Shown here one piece after another: positions 30,015 through 40,184 of a stretch of 64,000 bases of DNA (position 1 is the stretch's first letter; each line of letters opens with the position of its first letter). The DNA is taken from NCBI GenBank assembly GCA_963730915.1, contig CAVSTR010000003.1, forward strand, positions 192,729-256,728. The letters run 5' to 3'. The notes beneath the pieces are model-generated. The model did no database searches. It saw nothing but the letters and a program-made list of their open reading frames with translations, and was not told the origin of the DNA. A program made the translations under genes and the position numbers. This DNA comes from an uncultured Gemmatimonadales bacterium. Lineage in GTDB: Bacteria > Gemmatimonadota > Gemmatimonadetes > Gemmatimonadales > GWC2-71-9.

Positions 30015-31213
30015 GGTGCACCATTCCCTGATGCGGAAGACTGGGCGCGCGAGCTCTTCAGCGCACCGACGACACGTTCGGCGGCTTCCGAGAGCGATCC
30101 CGCCGTGATAATCGGAAGACCGCTGTCTCGGATGATCCGCTGTCCTTCCTCGACATTGGTGCCGGCAAGACGAACCACGAGGGGCACCTTCATCTGGATG
30201 TCTCGAGCGGCCTGCACCACACCCTGAGCAACCCAGTCGCAGCGATTGATGCCGGCGAAGATGTTCACCAGGATGGCGCCGACCTTCCCGTCCGACAGTA
30301 CCAGCCGGAACGCTGCCGCAACCCGCTCGGGCGAGGCGCCGCCGCCGACATCGAGGAAGTTTGCCGGCTGACCGCCGGCATGCTTGATCATGTCCATGGT
30401 CGCCATGGCAAGTCCGGCCCCGTTGATTATGCAGCCGATGTCACCATCGAGACCGACGTAATTCAGTCCATGCTCGGCTGCCTGAGCCTCCCGTGGATCC
30501 TCCTCCGCGTAATCTCTCAGCTCGCTGACGTTCGGCCGCCGGAACATGGCGTTGTCGTCGAATGTCATCTTGCAATCGAGCGCGAGCACCTGCCCATCCG
30601 CGGTAACGACCAGAGGATTGATCTCGACCATCGTGGCATCGAGGTCGCGAAAGGCACGATAGGCTCCCAGCAGAGTCGTCACCGCACGGCTCACCTGTGC
30701 CGGCGCGAGACCGAGGCCGTACGCGATCTCTCGAGCCTGGAACGAGCTCATTCCGATCGCCGGCTCGACCGATTCCCGAAGGATTGAGTTCGGAGCGCTC
30801 CGGGCGATCTCCTCGATCTCCATTCCGCCTTGAGGATGTGCCACGATCATGATGCGCTCCGTCTTCCGGTCCAGTACCAGACCGAGGTACAGCTCACGCT
30901 CGATGGGGACCGCTGCCTCCACATAGAGCCGATGCACCACCCTGCCCTCCGGCCCGGTCTGATGGGTGACCAGGCGCTTGCCGAGGAGGTTCTTCGCCGC
31001 GGCACGCACCTCATCCTCGCTGGAGCAGAGCTTGATGCCGCCGGCCTTGCCCCGCGCACCAGAGTGGATCTGAGCCTTCACCGCCCAGCGGGCACCGCCG
31101 ATCTCGGTGGCACGATAGACCGCCTGCTCAGGGCTGTAGGCGACCCCCCCGCGCGGAATGGCAACGCCGAAGCCCGCGAGCAGCTCCTTCGCCTGATATT
31201 CGTGGATGTCCAT
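30011..31213 (-). CDS. mtkA: Malate--CoA ligase beta subunit
   Basis: [41 protein letters not shown] and [17 protein letters not shown] (MtkA-type rather than SucC GGIVRCD). Confidence 0.88.
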   Translation of the reverse strand: MDIHEYQAKELLAGFGVAIPRGGVAYSPEQAVYRATEIGGARWAVKAQIHSGARGKAGGIKLCSSEDEVRAAAKNLLGKRLVTHQTGPEGRVVHRLYVEAAVPIERELYLGLVLDRKTERIMIVAHPQGGMEIEEIARSAPNSILRESVEPAIGMSSFQAREIAYGLGLAPAQVSRAVTTLLGAYRAFRDLDATMVEINPLVVTADGQVLALDCKMTFDDNAMFRRPNVSELRDYAEEDPREAQAAEHGLNYVGLDGDIGCIINGAGLAMATMDMIKHAGGQPANFLDVGGGASPERVAAAFRLVLSDGKVGAILVNIFAGINRCDWVAQGVVQAARDIQMKVPLVVRLAGTNVEEGQRIIRDSGLPIITAGSLSEAAERVVGALKSSRAQSSASGNGAP

Positions 31214-31221
31214 AGTCTTTC

Positions 31222-31365
31222 CGGGGATCGAGGATCAGAGATCGTGCGGTCTAGAGTCTACAGTCTAGAGCCTGGGTGGTGGTCAACTTCGGGCCCTGGT
31301 CTCAGACTTTGACTCTGGACTCTTGACCCTTGACCCTGGACTCCTCACCCTCGACCCTCGACATC
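31222..31365. repeat. Heptamer tandem repeats, inverted arrangement, overlapping the mcl 3' end
   Basis: gtctaga gtctaca gtctaga ... gactctg gactctt gaccctt gaccctg gactcct caccctc gaccctc. Confidence 0.8.
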
Positions 31366-32297
31366 TTTCCAATCGCTTTATCCGTATCCACCACATTCTG
31401 CGCCATCCTTGCGGAGGCCGCATCGATCATCCGGCCATCTAGCTGAGCCGCCCCGCGCCCTTCACGAGCAGCCTGCTCGAGCGCATCCAAAATGCGGCGG
31501 GCGCGCTCGACCTCTTTCGGAGGTGGGGTAAAGACCTCGTTTGCCAGCGCGATCTGGGACGGATGAATGGCCCACTTTCCCTCGATTCCCAGCGCGGCGC
31601 CTCGACGCGCGGCGAGTGTAAAGCCATCGGGATCCTTGAAGTCTCCGAATGGCCCATCGATCGCACGCAGTCCGTACGCTCGACATGCTACCACCATTCG
31701 CGACAAGGCTGCGTGCCACTGGTCGCCCGGATAATCGGGGTTGAGTCCACCGATGTTGACGGTCCGCGCGCGACAGCTGGCTGCATAATCGGCCACCCCG
31801 AAGTGCATGGCTTCGAGGCGGCGGCTGGACTGCGCGATGGCTTCCACGTTGGCCATGCCCAACGCCGTCTCGATCAGCACATCGATGCCGATCCGGTGGG
31901 GAATCCCGCGCGCTTCCTCGATCTGCGTCAGCAAGGCATCGACGAGGTACACATCTGCCGGCACGCCCACCTTCGGGATGAGCACCGTGTCCAGCCGATG
32001 TCCCGCCTGCTCGACCACGTCCACTACATCGCGGTACATGTAATGGGTATCGATGCCGTTGATCCGGACGCAGATAGTCTTGCCGCGCTCTCGCCAATCG
32101 TTCTCCAGCAGCGCAGCGATGACATTGGTCCGGGCCTGCTCCTTGTCGCCTGGCGCAACCGCGTCTTCCAGATCGAGGAAGATGTAGTCGGCCTCACTTT
32201 CCAGCGCTTTGCTGAACATGCCCGGTTGCGATCCCGGCACCGCCAACTCACTCCGCTGGAGGCGCGGCCGAGCGGGTTCGTAACGCGTATGGCTCAT
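31302..32297 (-). CDS. mcl: Malyl-CoA lyase (HpcH/CitE family)
   Basis: RLQRSELAVPGS, FLDLEDAVAP, RINGIDTHYMYRDVVD, IDGPFGDF and GKWAIHPSQI. Confidence 0.9.
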   Translation of the reverse strand: MSHTRYEPARPRLQRSELAVPGSQPGMFSKALESEADYIFLDLEDAVAPGDKEQARTNVIAALLENDWRERGKTICVRINGIDTHYMYRDVVDVVEQAGHRLDTVLIPKVGVPADVYLVDALLTQIEEARGIPHRIGIDVLIETALGMANVEAIAQSSRRLEAMHFGVADYAASCRARTVNIGGLNPDYPGDQWHAALSRMVVACRAYGLRAIDGPFGDFKDPDGFTLAARRGAALGIEGKWAIHPSQIALANEVFTPPPKEVERARRILDALEQAAREGRGAAQLDGRMIDAASARMAQNVVDTDKAIGKMSRVEGEESRVKGQESRVKV

Positions 32298-33556
32298 CGG
32301 CCGGCGCCCGCGGTGGCCTTTTCCTTGGTACCGGATTGAACCGGCTGACTGTCAGGCGCGCGCGGAGGTAGCTCGCGCTTGTGCAGGGGAGCCGCCGTGC
32401 TCCGCCAGTATTCCCCAGCCGCCGCGACGCCACTTCCCGGCGTGATCTTCATGCCGACATCACGCATCGCCATCTCGGAACCGGCAATGGCCCCCATCAA
32501 CATCAGCTCGTTCATGTCGCCAAGATGTCCGATGCGGAACAGCTTTCCTGCCATCCGCGCGAGCCCCGCGCCCAGCGCCAGGTTGTAGCGGCGGTAGGCG
32601 ACATCGATCACTTCGGCGCCGTTCACTCCGGGCGGTACCATGATGGCGCTCACCGTATCCGAGTGCCACTTCGGAGCTCGGGCGCAGAGCTCCAGGCCCC
32701 ACGCCTGCACCGCTCGGCGCGTGCCTTCCGCCAGGCGATGATGGCGGGTGAAAACATTCTCCAGTCCTTCTTCCATGAGCATGGCGATGGACTCTCGGAG
32801 ACCATACAACAAGGGAAGTGAAGGCGTATAGGGGAAATACCCGGTGGCATTCGCCTTCTGCATGTCCGTGAAATCGAAGAACACTCGACGGAGCTTGGCA
32901 TTTTCGCCGAGCGCGAGCGCCTTCTGGCTGGCGGCGACGATGCCGAGGCCGGCGGGAAGCATGAGCCCCTTCTGCGAGCCGGTGATCGCGAGGTCCACAC
33001 CCCACTCGTCCATGCGGAAATCGATGCTTCCGATCGAGCTGACTCCGTCGACCATAAGCAGCGCCGGATGCCTGGCGTCGTTGAGTACGCGCCGCATGGG
33101 GGCGACGTCCGAGGTGACGCCGGTAGCGGTTTCGTTGTGCGTGAACAGCACCGCCTTGATGGCATGGCTCTTATCGGCTTCGAGCGCTTCTTGGTATCGC
33201 TCGATCGGCGCGCCTTCACCCCACTCCGCCTCGATCACTTCGACCTGGAGCCCGAGGCGCTGGGCCATATCGATCCAGAGGTGGCTGAACATGCCGAAGC
33301 GCGACGCGAGGACCTTGTCGCCGGGCGACAGCGTGTTCGACAGTGCAGCTTCCCATGCACCGGTACCGCTCGATGGAAAGATGAATGCCTGGCCCGAGGC
33401 CGTCTTGAAGATCTTCTTCAGGCTCTCGAGCACCGGCGCGGCGAGCGACGGGAAGTCGGACGATCTGTGGTCCTCCATGGCCCGGTGCATCGCGCGGAGA
33501 ACGCGGTCGGGAACGTTGGTGGGCCCAGGTACGAAGAGAAAGTTGCGGCCGGCCAT
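32294..33556 (-). CDS. sgaA: Serine--glyoxylate aminotransferase
   Basis: GRNFLFVPGPTNVPDRV, EDHRS, FSHLWIDMAQRLGL, HNETATGVTS, GSQKGLM and GYFPYTP. Confidence 0.93.
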   Translation of the reverse strand: MAGRNFLFVPGPTNVPDRVLRAMHRAMEDHRSSDFPSLAAPVLESLKKIFKTASGQAFIFPSSGTGAWEAALSNTLSPGDKVLASRFGMFSHLWIDMAQRLGLQVEVIEAEWGEGAPIERYQEALEADKSHAIKAVLFTHNETATGVTSDVAPMRRVLNDARHPALLMVDGVSSIGSIDFRMDEWGVDLAITGSQKGLMLPAGLGIVAASQKALALGENAKLRRVFFDFTDMQKANATGYFPYTPSLPLLYGLRESIAMLMEEGLENVFTRHHRLAEGTRRAVQAWGLELCARAPKWHSDTVSAIMVPPGVNGAEVIDVAYRRYNLALGAGLARMAGKLFRIGHLGDMNELMLMGAIAGSEMAMRDVGMKITPGSGVAAAGEYWRSTAAPLHKRELPPRAPDSQPVQSGTKEKATAGAGR

Positions 33557-33635
33557 CTGGGGACCTCGACTTTTTGAAGAAGGCGACTGACCTTAAAGCG
33601 CCCGAATTCGAGCACGGGCCACCATTTTTAACACT

Positions 33636-33653
33636 TTGTGAACTTTTTCACAA
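33636..33653. promoter_or_regulatory. Rex operator TTGTGAA-cttt-TTCACAA
   Basis: Exact match to the established Rex consensus TTGTGAA-N4-TTCACAA, between divergent sgaA and gck. Confidence 0.8.
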
Positions 33654-33662
33654 GAGGCCGGG

Positions 33663-35010
33663 TTGAGCTCTTCCGCTGCTTTGCCCGCCACCCGTGACCT
33701 GCTCCTGGACCTTTACCGGACGGCCACGCGGCTGCCGCACCGGGTCCAGCGCTGGAGGCCCGCCTCCGGCGCCTTCCAGACGATGAGCCCGGTCGCCGGA
33801 TCTGGATCTTCGCGCTGGGTAAGGCGGCAGTGCCCATGGCGACCACCGCGGTTGAGGTCCTGCAATCCCAGGCAGACCGGCTGACCGGGGGCCTCATCGT
33901 GGCACCCGACGGGAGCGCCAGCCCCGACCCGCGCCTCACTCTCATTCTGGGTGACCACCCCGAGCCTGGTGCTCGCTCGATCGCCGCAGCCAAGGCTCTG
34001 GCCGATACGGCGTCCCAGGTTGGCTCCGGGGACGAGGTCTGGGTGCTGCTCTCGGGTGGTACCACCAGCCTGATCGGAGCTCCCGAGACCGGCCTCACAC
34101 CTGCAGACCTGAGGAACCTCTACGCGCTCTTGCTGGGCTCTGGTCTCGACATCACCGCCATGAATCAGATCAGAAAGCGCTTTTCCCGGTGGGGAGCAGG
34201 AAAGCTCGCCCGCGCGCTCCACCCTGCCCTGGTCCGGGTCTACATCGTCTCCGACGTTATCGGCGATGACCTTGCGTCCATCGGCTCCGGACCCTGTGTC
34301 CCCGATCCGACCACTGCCGTTCGACATCCACGACCTGCTCTACGCGCGCCGGGCTCTGGCCCAAAATTCCAGAGGCGGCACGCCGTATGATCCTGTCAAT
34401 GGAGTCGGGGGAAACGGCTGAAACGCCAAAGCCGGGAGATCGGGCTTTCGCGCGAGTGACCCTCGAACTGGTTGCCAGTAACAGGCTGGCCCTCGAAGCT
34501 GCGGCCAAGCGTGCGGCTGAGTTGGGCCTTGCTCCTGATGTCGTGGAGGTGCCGCTCGCCGGGGAGGCGGTTACGGCAGGAGCAAGTGTAGCCGACAGTC
34601 TTCTCAATAATTGCGTTCGACTGTCGATCCCGCAACCAACGAAGCGGCCACTCTGCCGAATTTGGGGTGGGGAGACAACGGTCAGCCTGGGCGATCACCC
34701 GACTGGACTGGGAGGGCGATCACAGGAGCTCGCGCTTGCTGCAGCTCGTACGCTCTCCGGCCGGCCTGGCGTCACGTTATTGGCAGCGGGTACAGACGGT
34801 CGCGATGGTCCGACCGATGCTGCCGGCGCCATCGTGGACGGGACCACCTGGACGGCCATCTCGACCGCCGGGCGCAGCCCCGAACACGATCTCGTCCGGC
34901 ATGATGCCTACCCGGCTCTGGCTTCAGTGGGAGCACTGGTGAAACCGGGACTCACCGGTACCAACGTCATGGATATTGTGATTGGGATCTGCGGGTACAA
35001 TCAGGGATGA
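33663..35010 (+). CDS. gck: Glycerate 2-kinase (DUF4147 + MOFRL), frameshifted near 33727 and 34320-34390
   Basis: ALGKAAVPM, GDHPEP, LLSGGTTSL, SDVIGDDLASIGSGP, GGETTV, GGRSQELAL, GTDGRDGPTDAAGA and TGTNVMD across three frames. Confidence 0.88.
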
Positions 35011-35459
35011 ATTCCGAGGCGGGGACGGAAATCCTCTCCCAGGATGACGCTCACATCGACGCGCCGAAAGGTGTCGGTCTCCACGAGAATTTTTCCGGTG
35101 CGGAGCACAGCGGCCACAGTTCGTGCCCTGTCGGGATCCCCCCGTCGGACGATCACTCGAGTCAGGTCCGACGCTGAATCTGCATTTCCGAGAAAGACGA
35201 CGTCCACCCCGTGTGATCGCAGCATCCTGGTGGCGGTTCGGGCGGCTCCCTGTTTTCGAGTGCCGTTCAGGACTTCCACCATGAGACGGCCTTGCACCGG
35301 CGGAATGGCGAAAGCATGATCGGCTTTGACCGGGCGCGCGCCCCGGCGGAGAAAGCCGGTCACTGCTACCAGAACGAGGACCCCCGCGATCAGCGAGAGC
35401 CAGATCCAGCGGCGACCAAGCTGTTCCAGAATCGCACGGTAGGATCGAGAATCGGCCAT
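35001..35459 (-). CDS. LytR C-terminal domain membrane protein
   Basis: TM helix, then VEVLNGT...GAA, GNA and DVSVILGEDF. Start uncertain. Confidence 0.85.
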   Translation of the reverse strand: MADSRSYRAILEQLGRRWIWLSLIAGVLVLVAVTGFLRRGARPVKADHAFAIPPVQGRLMVEVLNGTRKQGAARTATRMLRSHGVDVVFLGNADSASDLTRVIVRRGDPDRARTVAAVLRTGKILVETDTFRRVDVSVILGEDFRPRLGIHP

Positions 35460-35965
35460 CCAGACTTGATCAGGTGGAGGATCCGGGAGCGGGCAACCTC
35501 ACGCAGCACGCCTCCGGGGTCCGTGGGTAGGCGCTCGGCCAGCGCGCGACGTACTTCACGATCGAACGGCCGGTCGGGGTCGAGAAAATCCGCACAGAAG
35601 AGTATTCGTCCCACCATGTCCCATTCAGCGAGACCAACCGAGTGATAGCGGACTGCGTCGAGCACTCCGCGGTCGATCTCTCCTTCTGCTTTTGCATGGG
35701 CTGCACTCGCAGGTCCATGCCAGAGTGACGGCGGGCCAGGCGTGCTGGCCGCCCACTTCGCGAGTTCCTCGGGCGGCGCATCGCGCAGCGCATCGTGGAG
35801 CCAGACAGCACGCAGCCAGCGATTTCGCTCTGAGTCCGGCACTCCCATCTGTTCGGCCCACCCGGCTGCCAGCTCGGCCACTCGTTGGATGTGCTCGAGT
35901 CTTGCCGGCGTGACGATGGCCCAGTCGGGGAGCGTCGGTCGCAGCCCTGGAGGCGTGCGCGTCAA
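35390..35965 (-). CDS. HD-domain hydrolase, YqeK (Ap4A hydrolase)-like
   Basis: RLEHIQRV, LHDA, WHGPASA, AVRYHS and CADFLDP.R. Confidence 0.8.
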   Translation of the reverse strand: MTRTPPGLRPTLPDWAIVTPARLEHIQRVAELAAGWAEQMGVPDSERNRWLRAVWLHDALRDAPPEELAKWAASTPGPPSLWHGPASAAHAKAEGEIDRGVLDAVRYHSVGLAEWDMVGRILFCADFLDPDRPFDREVRRALAERLPTDPGGVLREVARSRILHLIKSGWPILDPTVRFWNSLVAAGSGSR

Positions 35966-36816
35966 TCGATGCCCTGGGCGAGAACGATGTTGTCGATCAG
36001 ACGAGTGGTGCCGATCCGCGCGGCCAACGCCACTATGGTCGTTTCATTCGCGGTCTTCACCGGCACGAGCGACTCTGGGTCCACCACGGCAATATACTCG
36101 ACGGTCACTTCCGGCTCTTTCCTCATCACGTCTCGCAGCCGCGCCTCGATCGCATCGGCCCTCGTCTCACCGGCGCGCCACAGATCGTGCGCGGCGCGCA
36201 AGGCCCGGCTCAAGACCGCTGCACGTGCGCGATCCGGTGCTGACAGGTACGCGTTGCGGCTGCTCATCGCGAGCCCATCTTCCTCTCGTACGGTTCTGAC
36301 TGTCGCGATCTCCAGAGGCCAGTCCAGATCGCGGACCATGCGCCGAATCAAAGCAAGCTGCTGAATGTCCTTCTGCCCGAAGCAGGCGATATCAGGCTGC
36401 GTCAGGTGAAAAAGCTTGGCCACAACCGTGAGAACTCCGGTGAAGTGGCCCGGCCGCGCCGCCCCCTCCCACCGCTCCGCCATAGCGCCGGGGACCACCC
36501 GTACCTCCGAACCTGCGGGATACATGTCGGAGGCTTGAGGCACGAAGATCGTGTGGACGCCACGGCCCGCGGCGAGTGAGCGGTCACGCGGCAGATCACG
36601 AGGGTACCGGGCCAGGTCTTCCCGAGGGCCGAATTGGAGGGGGTTTACGAAGATGCTCAGCACCACGCTGTCCGCCCGCCGGCGGGCCTCGTCCACCAGA
36701 GCCAGGTGACCCTCGTGGAGATAACCCATCGTAGGCACCAACGCGATGCGGCGCCCGGCGGTACGCTCCGCGGTGGTCCAGGCGCGGATGTCTGGTAGCG
36801 ACGTGAGCTCGAGCAT
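35962..36816 (-). CDS. panC: Pantoate--beta-alanine ligase
   Basis: VPTMGYLHEGH, SIFVNPLQF, FGQKDIQQ, GLAMSSRN and RLIDN. Confidence 0.97.
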   Translation of the reverse strand: MLELTSLPDIRAWTTAERTAGRRIALVPTMGYLHEGHLALVDEARRRADSVVLSIFVNPLQFGPREDLARYPRDLPRDRSLAAGRGVHTIFVPQASDMYPAGSEVRVVPGAMAERWEGAARPGHFTGVLTVVAKLFHLTQPDIACFGQKDIQQLALIRRMVRDLDWPLEIATVRTVREEDGLAMSSRNAYLSAPDRARAAVLSRALRAAHDLWRAGETRADAIEARLRDVMRKEPEVTVEYIAVVDPESLVPVKTANETTIVALAARIGTTRLIDNIVLAQGID

Positions 36817-36821
36817 GTAGG

Positions 36822-36878
36822 GGAGCTAAGAGGCTAGGAGCTGGGATATAGGAGCTGAGAGCTAGGAGCAAGGAGCTT
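36822..36878. repeat. Heptamer tandem repeat (GGAGCTA-like x8) filling the panB-panC spacer
   Basis: ggagcta agaggcta ggagctg ggatata ggagctg agagcta ggagcaa ggagctt. Confidence 0.8.
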
Positions 36879-36879
36879 C

Positions 36880-37692
36880 TTAGTCAAAGCTGTGCTCTTT
36901 GCCCGGATAGGTGCCTTCCCGTACTTCGCTGGCGTAGCTGCGGACGGCGGAGCGCACCGACTCTCCCAGCTTGGCATAGTGCTTCAGGAATCGCGGAGCG
37001 AACTGCTCGTTCAATCCGAGCATGTCGTGCAGCACCAGCACCTGCCCATCGCAGTGGGGACCAGCCCCGATTCCGATGGTAGGAATCGTGAGTGCCTTGG
37101 ACACGCGGGCGGCGACGGGTGCCGGCACCAGCTCGAGAACGATGGCACAGGCTCCCGCCGTCTCCAGCGCCTTGGCATCAGCCAGTAGCCTTTCCGCGGA
37201 TACGTCGTCCCTGCCTTGCACGCGGTATCCACCCAGCGCGTTGACGGATTGAGGAGTCAACCCGAGATGGCCGATGACCGGAATGCCACGTTCCACGAGT
37301 GCGTGCACCGTCTCGGCCATGTGCGCGCCACCCTCCAGCTTGACGCCATGTGCGTTGCTCTCCTGCAGCACACGTCCCGCGTTGCGGATCGCCTCGGGAA
37401 TACTGACCTGGTACGTCAGAAACGGCAGGTCCACAAACACCAGGGCTTGCTTCGATCCGCGCCGCACCGATGCGGCGTGATAGATCATCTGGTCGAGTGT
37501 CGTGCTCAGGGTCGTCTCCTGACCCGCCAGCACCTGATTCAACGAGTCGCCGACCAGCAGCACGTCCACCCCACCCTGTTCCAGGAGCCGAGCGAACGCG
37601 GCATCGTAGCAGGTAAGCATCACAATTCGTCGGCCCGCCGCTTTCATGGCAGACAGGTCGAGGACCGACAGGGGACGGGGCTCAGCGCTCAT
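36880..37692 (-). CDS. panB: 3-methyl-2-oxobutanoate hydroxymethyltransferase
   Basis: LLVGDSL, VKLEGG, GHLGLTPQS and GIGAG..CDGQVLV. Confidence 0.97.
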   Translation of the reverse strand: MSAEPRPLSVLDLSAMKAAGRRIVMLTCYDAAFARLLEQGGVDVLLVGDSLNQVLAGQETTLSTTLDQMIYHAASVRRGSKQALVFVDLPFLTYQVSIPEAIRNAGRVLQESNAHGVKLEGGAHMAETVHALVERGIPVIGHLGLTPQSVNALGGYRVQGRDDVSAERLLADAKALETAGACAIVLELVPAPVAARVSKALTIPTIGIGAGPHCDGQVLVLHDMLGLNEQFAPRFLKHYAKLGESVRSAVRSYASEVREGTYPGKEHSFD

Positions 37693-38161
37693 CGGGGTTC
37701 AGTTCCGCCAGCTCTCGCCGCCAGAAGTCACGAGTGGACAGCCCGGGATGGGGAATGATAAGGTCTGGGTCACGAACGTGCCGGGTACCGAACTTTACGA
37801 TATCGAGATCAAGGGTCCTGGAGCCCCACCTCTCCGCGCGCTCGCGGCCCGCAGCCAGCTCGATTGCCTGACACGCCTCGAGCAGCGCGTGCGGTTCGAG
37901 ACCGGTCTCGAGCAGCACCATTTGATTCAGGTAGGGAGGCTGTTCCTTGCCGCCGAGTGGGGCGGTCTCTTCGATGGACGATGCGGCGAGCAGGCGGGTC
38001 CGGGGCAGTGAGGCGAGAGCAGCTCGGGCTTTCTCGAGGTGGGCCGCACGGTTCCCCAGATTGCTGCCCAGCGCAACGTAAACCCGTTCGGGAGCGGCGC
38101 GGTCACCCTTCGACGGCAAAGTGACTCGCAATCCGCTGCAGGTCGGCCGCCAGGCTTCCAA
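37682..38161 (-). CDS. folK: HPPK (start uncertain, probably about 38105)
   Basis: [26 protein letters not shown] and LIIPHP. Confidence 0.93.
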   Translation of the reverse strand: MEAWRPTCSGLRVTLPSKGDRAAPERVYVALGSNLGNRAAHLEKARAALASLPRTRLLAASSIEETAPLGGKEQPPYLNQMVLLETGLEPHALLEACQAIELAAGRERAERWGSRTLDLDIVKFGTRHVRDPDLIIPHPGLSTRDFWRRELAELNPDER

Positions 38162-40184
38162 GCTCGCGAATGGCTCGCTCCAGGTCTGCCTGTCCTGACG
38201 CGGCCTCGCCGGCTCGCTTGGCCAGGCTGTCGGTGTCGACTCTGCTGCGGGCGGAGCTTGCTGCCACCTGCTCGATCTGTCCGGTCAGATTGTTGACCGC
38301 GTCGCGCTGCTGGGCGGCGGTGGCGGCGATCGCCTTGGCGAACCCGCCGGCTTCGCCGGTGGTGCCGACGATGTCGTCCAGAGCCCGGGCAGCGTTCGCG
38401 CTGAGCTCCTCCACGCCCGCCACCACGTCACGGCCCCGCTCCATTTGGCCAGATACCGCCGACACCTGCGTGGTGATTTCGCCGAGGAGATTCCCTGCTT
38501 CGCGGGCCGCATGAAGACTCTGGGCAGCGAGATCCCGCACTTCGGAGGCAACGACGGCGAACCCTCTGCCCTCGCGGCCGGCGCGTGCCGCCTCGATCGC
38601 GGCATTCAGCGCAATCAGGTTTGTAAGGTCCGCGATCTCGCGAATCGTGCCGATGAACCCGGTGATCCGCTGGGTCAGCGCGCCGAGGGCGGCCACCCGG
38701 TCTGCACCCACCGCCACGAAGCCTTTCAGCTCGACCAGCCGGTCGATTGCGTCCCCGATGACCACGCGGTTCCGGGACGCCACGTGCGCAGCCGTTCCGC
38801 TTGCATTTGCGGCCTGTGCACCTTGAGTCATCATTTCCTGTGTGGCACTGGCTAACGATCCGGTGGCTCGTAATCCACCGGTAGCGAACCGTTCCAGCTC
38901 CACCGCGCCTTGGCGCATCCCCAGCGAGACATCGGCCAGCGCGGTCGCGGACGCGCGAAGGGAATCGGCGACGCGGGCCAGTGCGGTCACCTGCTCACCG
39001 ATCTGACTGACGGTGAGCACGAGCGGCCGCCGCAGCTCGGAGATATGGAAGGCGGTTGCGATCTGTCCCGCGAGCGTGCTCATGGCGAGCAGATCCTTGG
39101 GCCCGTATGCATGGCGCTTGTGATGTTCCACTTCCAGGGTTCCCAGGATCTCGTCGCCGAATTTGATCGGATGGATCACCAGCATGCTCACGTCGGTAAG
39201 CCCATCGCCCAGTCGCTCGTCCCGCGCCACGTCCCGGACGATCACCGGCTCCCGAGACTCGACTGCTTCACGTCGAAGGGGCTCCAGCTCCGCCGGAGGT
39301 TGGTTTCGTTTGTCGCGGCCGATCTTGCTGCGGTAGGCCAAGGATGCCTTCGAGCCATTCACGCGATACACCCGGAAATCGCCCCAGTCCAGCAGTCGGA
39401 AGGCAAGCCGCTCGATCTGGCCGAACGATCCCTGGAGCGTAGCATTGCTCGCGATAGTGGCCTCCATCAGGTGGACCTTGTTCAGGTCCTCCGCCCCGAT
39501 GGCCTCGTCCAGGATTTGTCTTGCCATGAGCCCCACGACACCCAGCGCGAGCGCGGCGGCAACCCACCCGATGGGAGCCAGGTTGGTGAGGGCCCAGACG
39601 ACAAAGGTCGAGGCACCCAGCGTCAGCAGGTACGAGCTGATCTCCCAGCGGAGGATGAGAATCTTCTCAGCGCTTTCCAGTTTGTTGCGAATCAGCAGGC
39701 TGAAATAGAATAGGGCCCGGCTGATGAAGAAGTAGAGCGCGGCCAGGATTGCGACCGCAGGAAGAAAGTCGACGGTCACCTCGCTCCTCTCGGTGAGCGC
39801 GAGAATTCCAGCGTAGGGACCGAAGGCAGCGACGAACGAGATCGCTTCGCGTCCGGCATTGACAATTCCGGCTCTCGGCTGCTTGCGCAGCCAGAACACG
39901 TCGGCTCCTACCACCCCCACCCACAATCCGGCGACGACCGGGCCGGGTCCGATGCTGATGGCGCCCACGAGCGTCGGGATGGCCGACTGGGTCAGATAGG
40001 AGTACTTGCTGAGCCTCACCGGCACAGAGCGAAGAACGAGAATGCTCAGCATCAGCACGATCGTGGAGATCGGCTGATGGATCCAGCGTTGATCCCATAG
40101 CAGTACAGCCACCGTCAGCAGAGATCCACCGACCCAGAGAACGTTGGTGTAGTGCCGCAGCAAAGCCGGGATCCGGATCGTCAT
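38103..40184 (-). CDS. Methyl-accepting chemotaxis protein with polytopic TM region and GAF domain
   Basis: Starts MTIRIP (ATG 40184), followed by about 7 TMs, a GAF domain (PVIVRDV..DER...[15 protein letters not shown]) and [30 protein letters not shown]. Confidence 0.9.
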   Translation of the reverse strand: MTIRIPALLRHYTNVLWVGGSLLTVAVLLWDQRWIHQPISTIVLMLSILVLRSVPVRLSKYSYLTQSAIPTLVGAISIGPGPVVAGLWVGVVGADVFWLRKQPRAGIVNAGREAISFVAAFGPYAGILALTERSEVTVDFLPAVAILAALYFFISRALFYFSLLIRNKLESAEKILILRWEISSYLLTLGASTFVVWALTNLAPIGWVAAALALGVVGLMARQILDEAIGAEDLNKVHLMEATIASNATLQGSFGQIERLAFRLLDWGDFRVYRVNGSKASLAYRSKIGRDKRNQPPAELEPLRREAVESREPVIVRDVARDERLGDGLTDVSMLVIHPIKFGDEILGTLEVEHHKRHAYGPKDLLAMSTLAGQIATAFHISELRRPLVLTVSQIGEQVTALARVADSLRASATALADVSLGMRQGAVELERFATGGLRATGSLASATQEMMTQGAQAANASGTAAHVASRNRVVIGDAIDRLVELKGFVAVGADRVAALGALTQRITGFIGTIREIADLTNLIALNAAIEAARAGREGRGFAVVASEVRDLAAQSLHAAREAGNLLGEITTQVSAVSGQMERGRDVVAGVEELSANAARALDDIVGTTGEAGGFAKAIAATAAQQRDAVNNLTGQIEQVAASSARSRVDTDSLAKRAGEAASGQADLERAIRELGSLAADLQRIASHFAVEG

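Noticed and set aside
29100-31213. TCA-cycle succinyl-CoA synthetase sucCD
   Set aside because: Sequence signatures and the position between mcl and hpr/ppc fit malate thiokinase better.
12570-34390. Programmed frameshifting or phase variation in ybaL, mgtE, ppc, hpr and gck
   Set aside because: No shared slippery motif or long homopolymer at the breaks; sequencing error is simpler.
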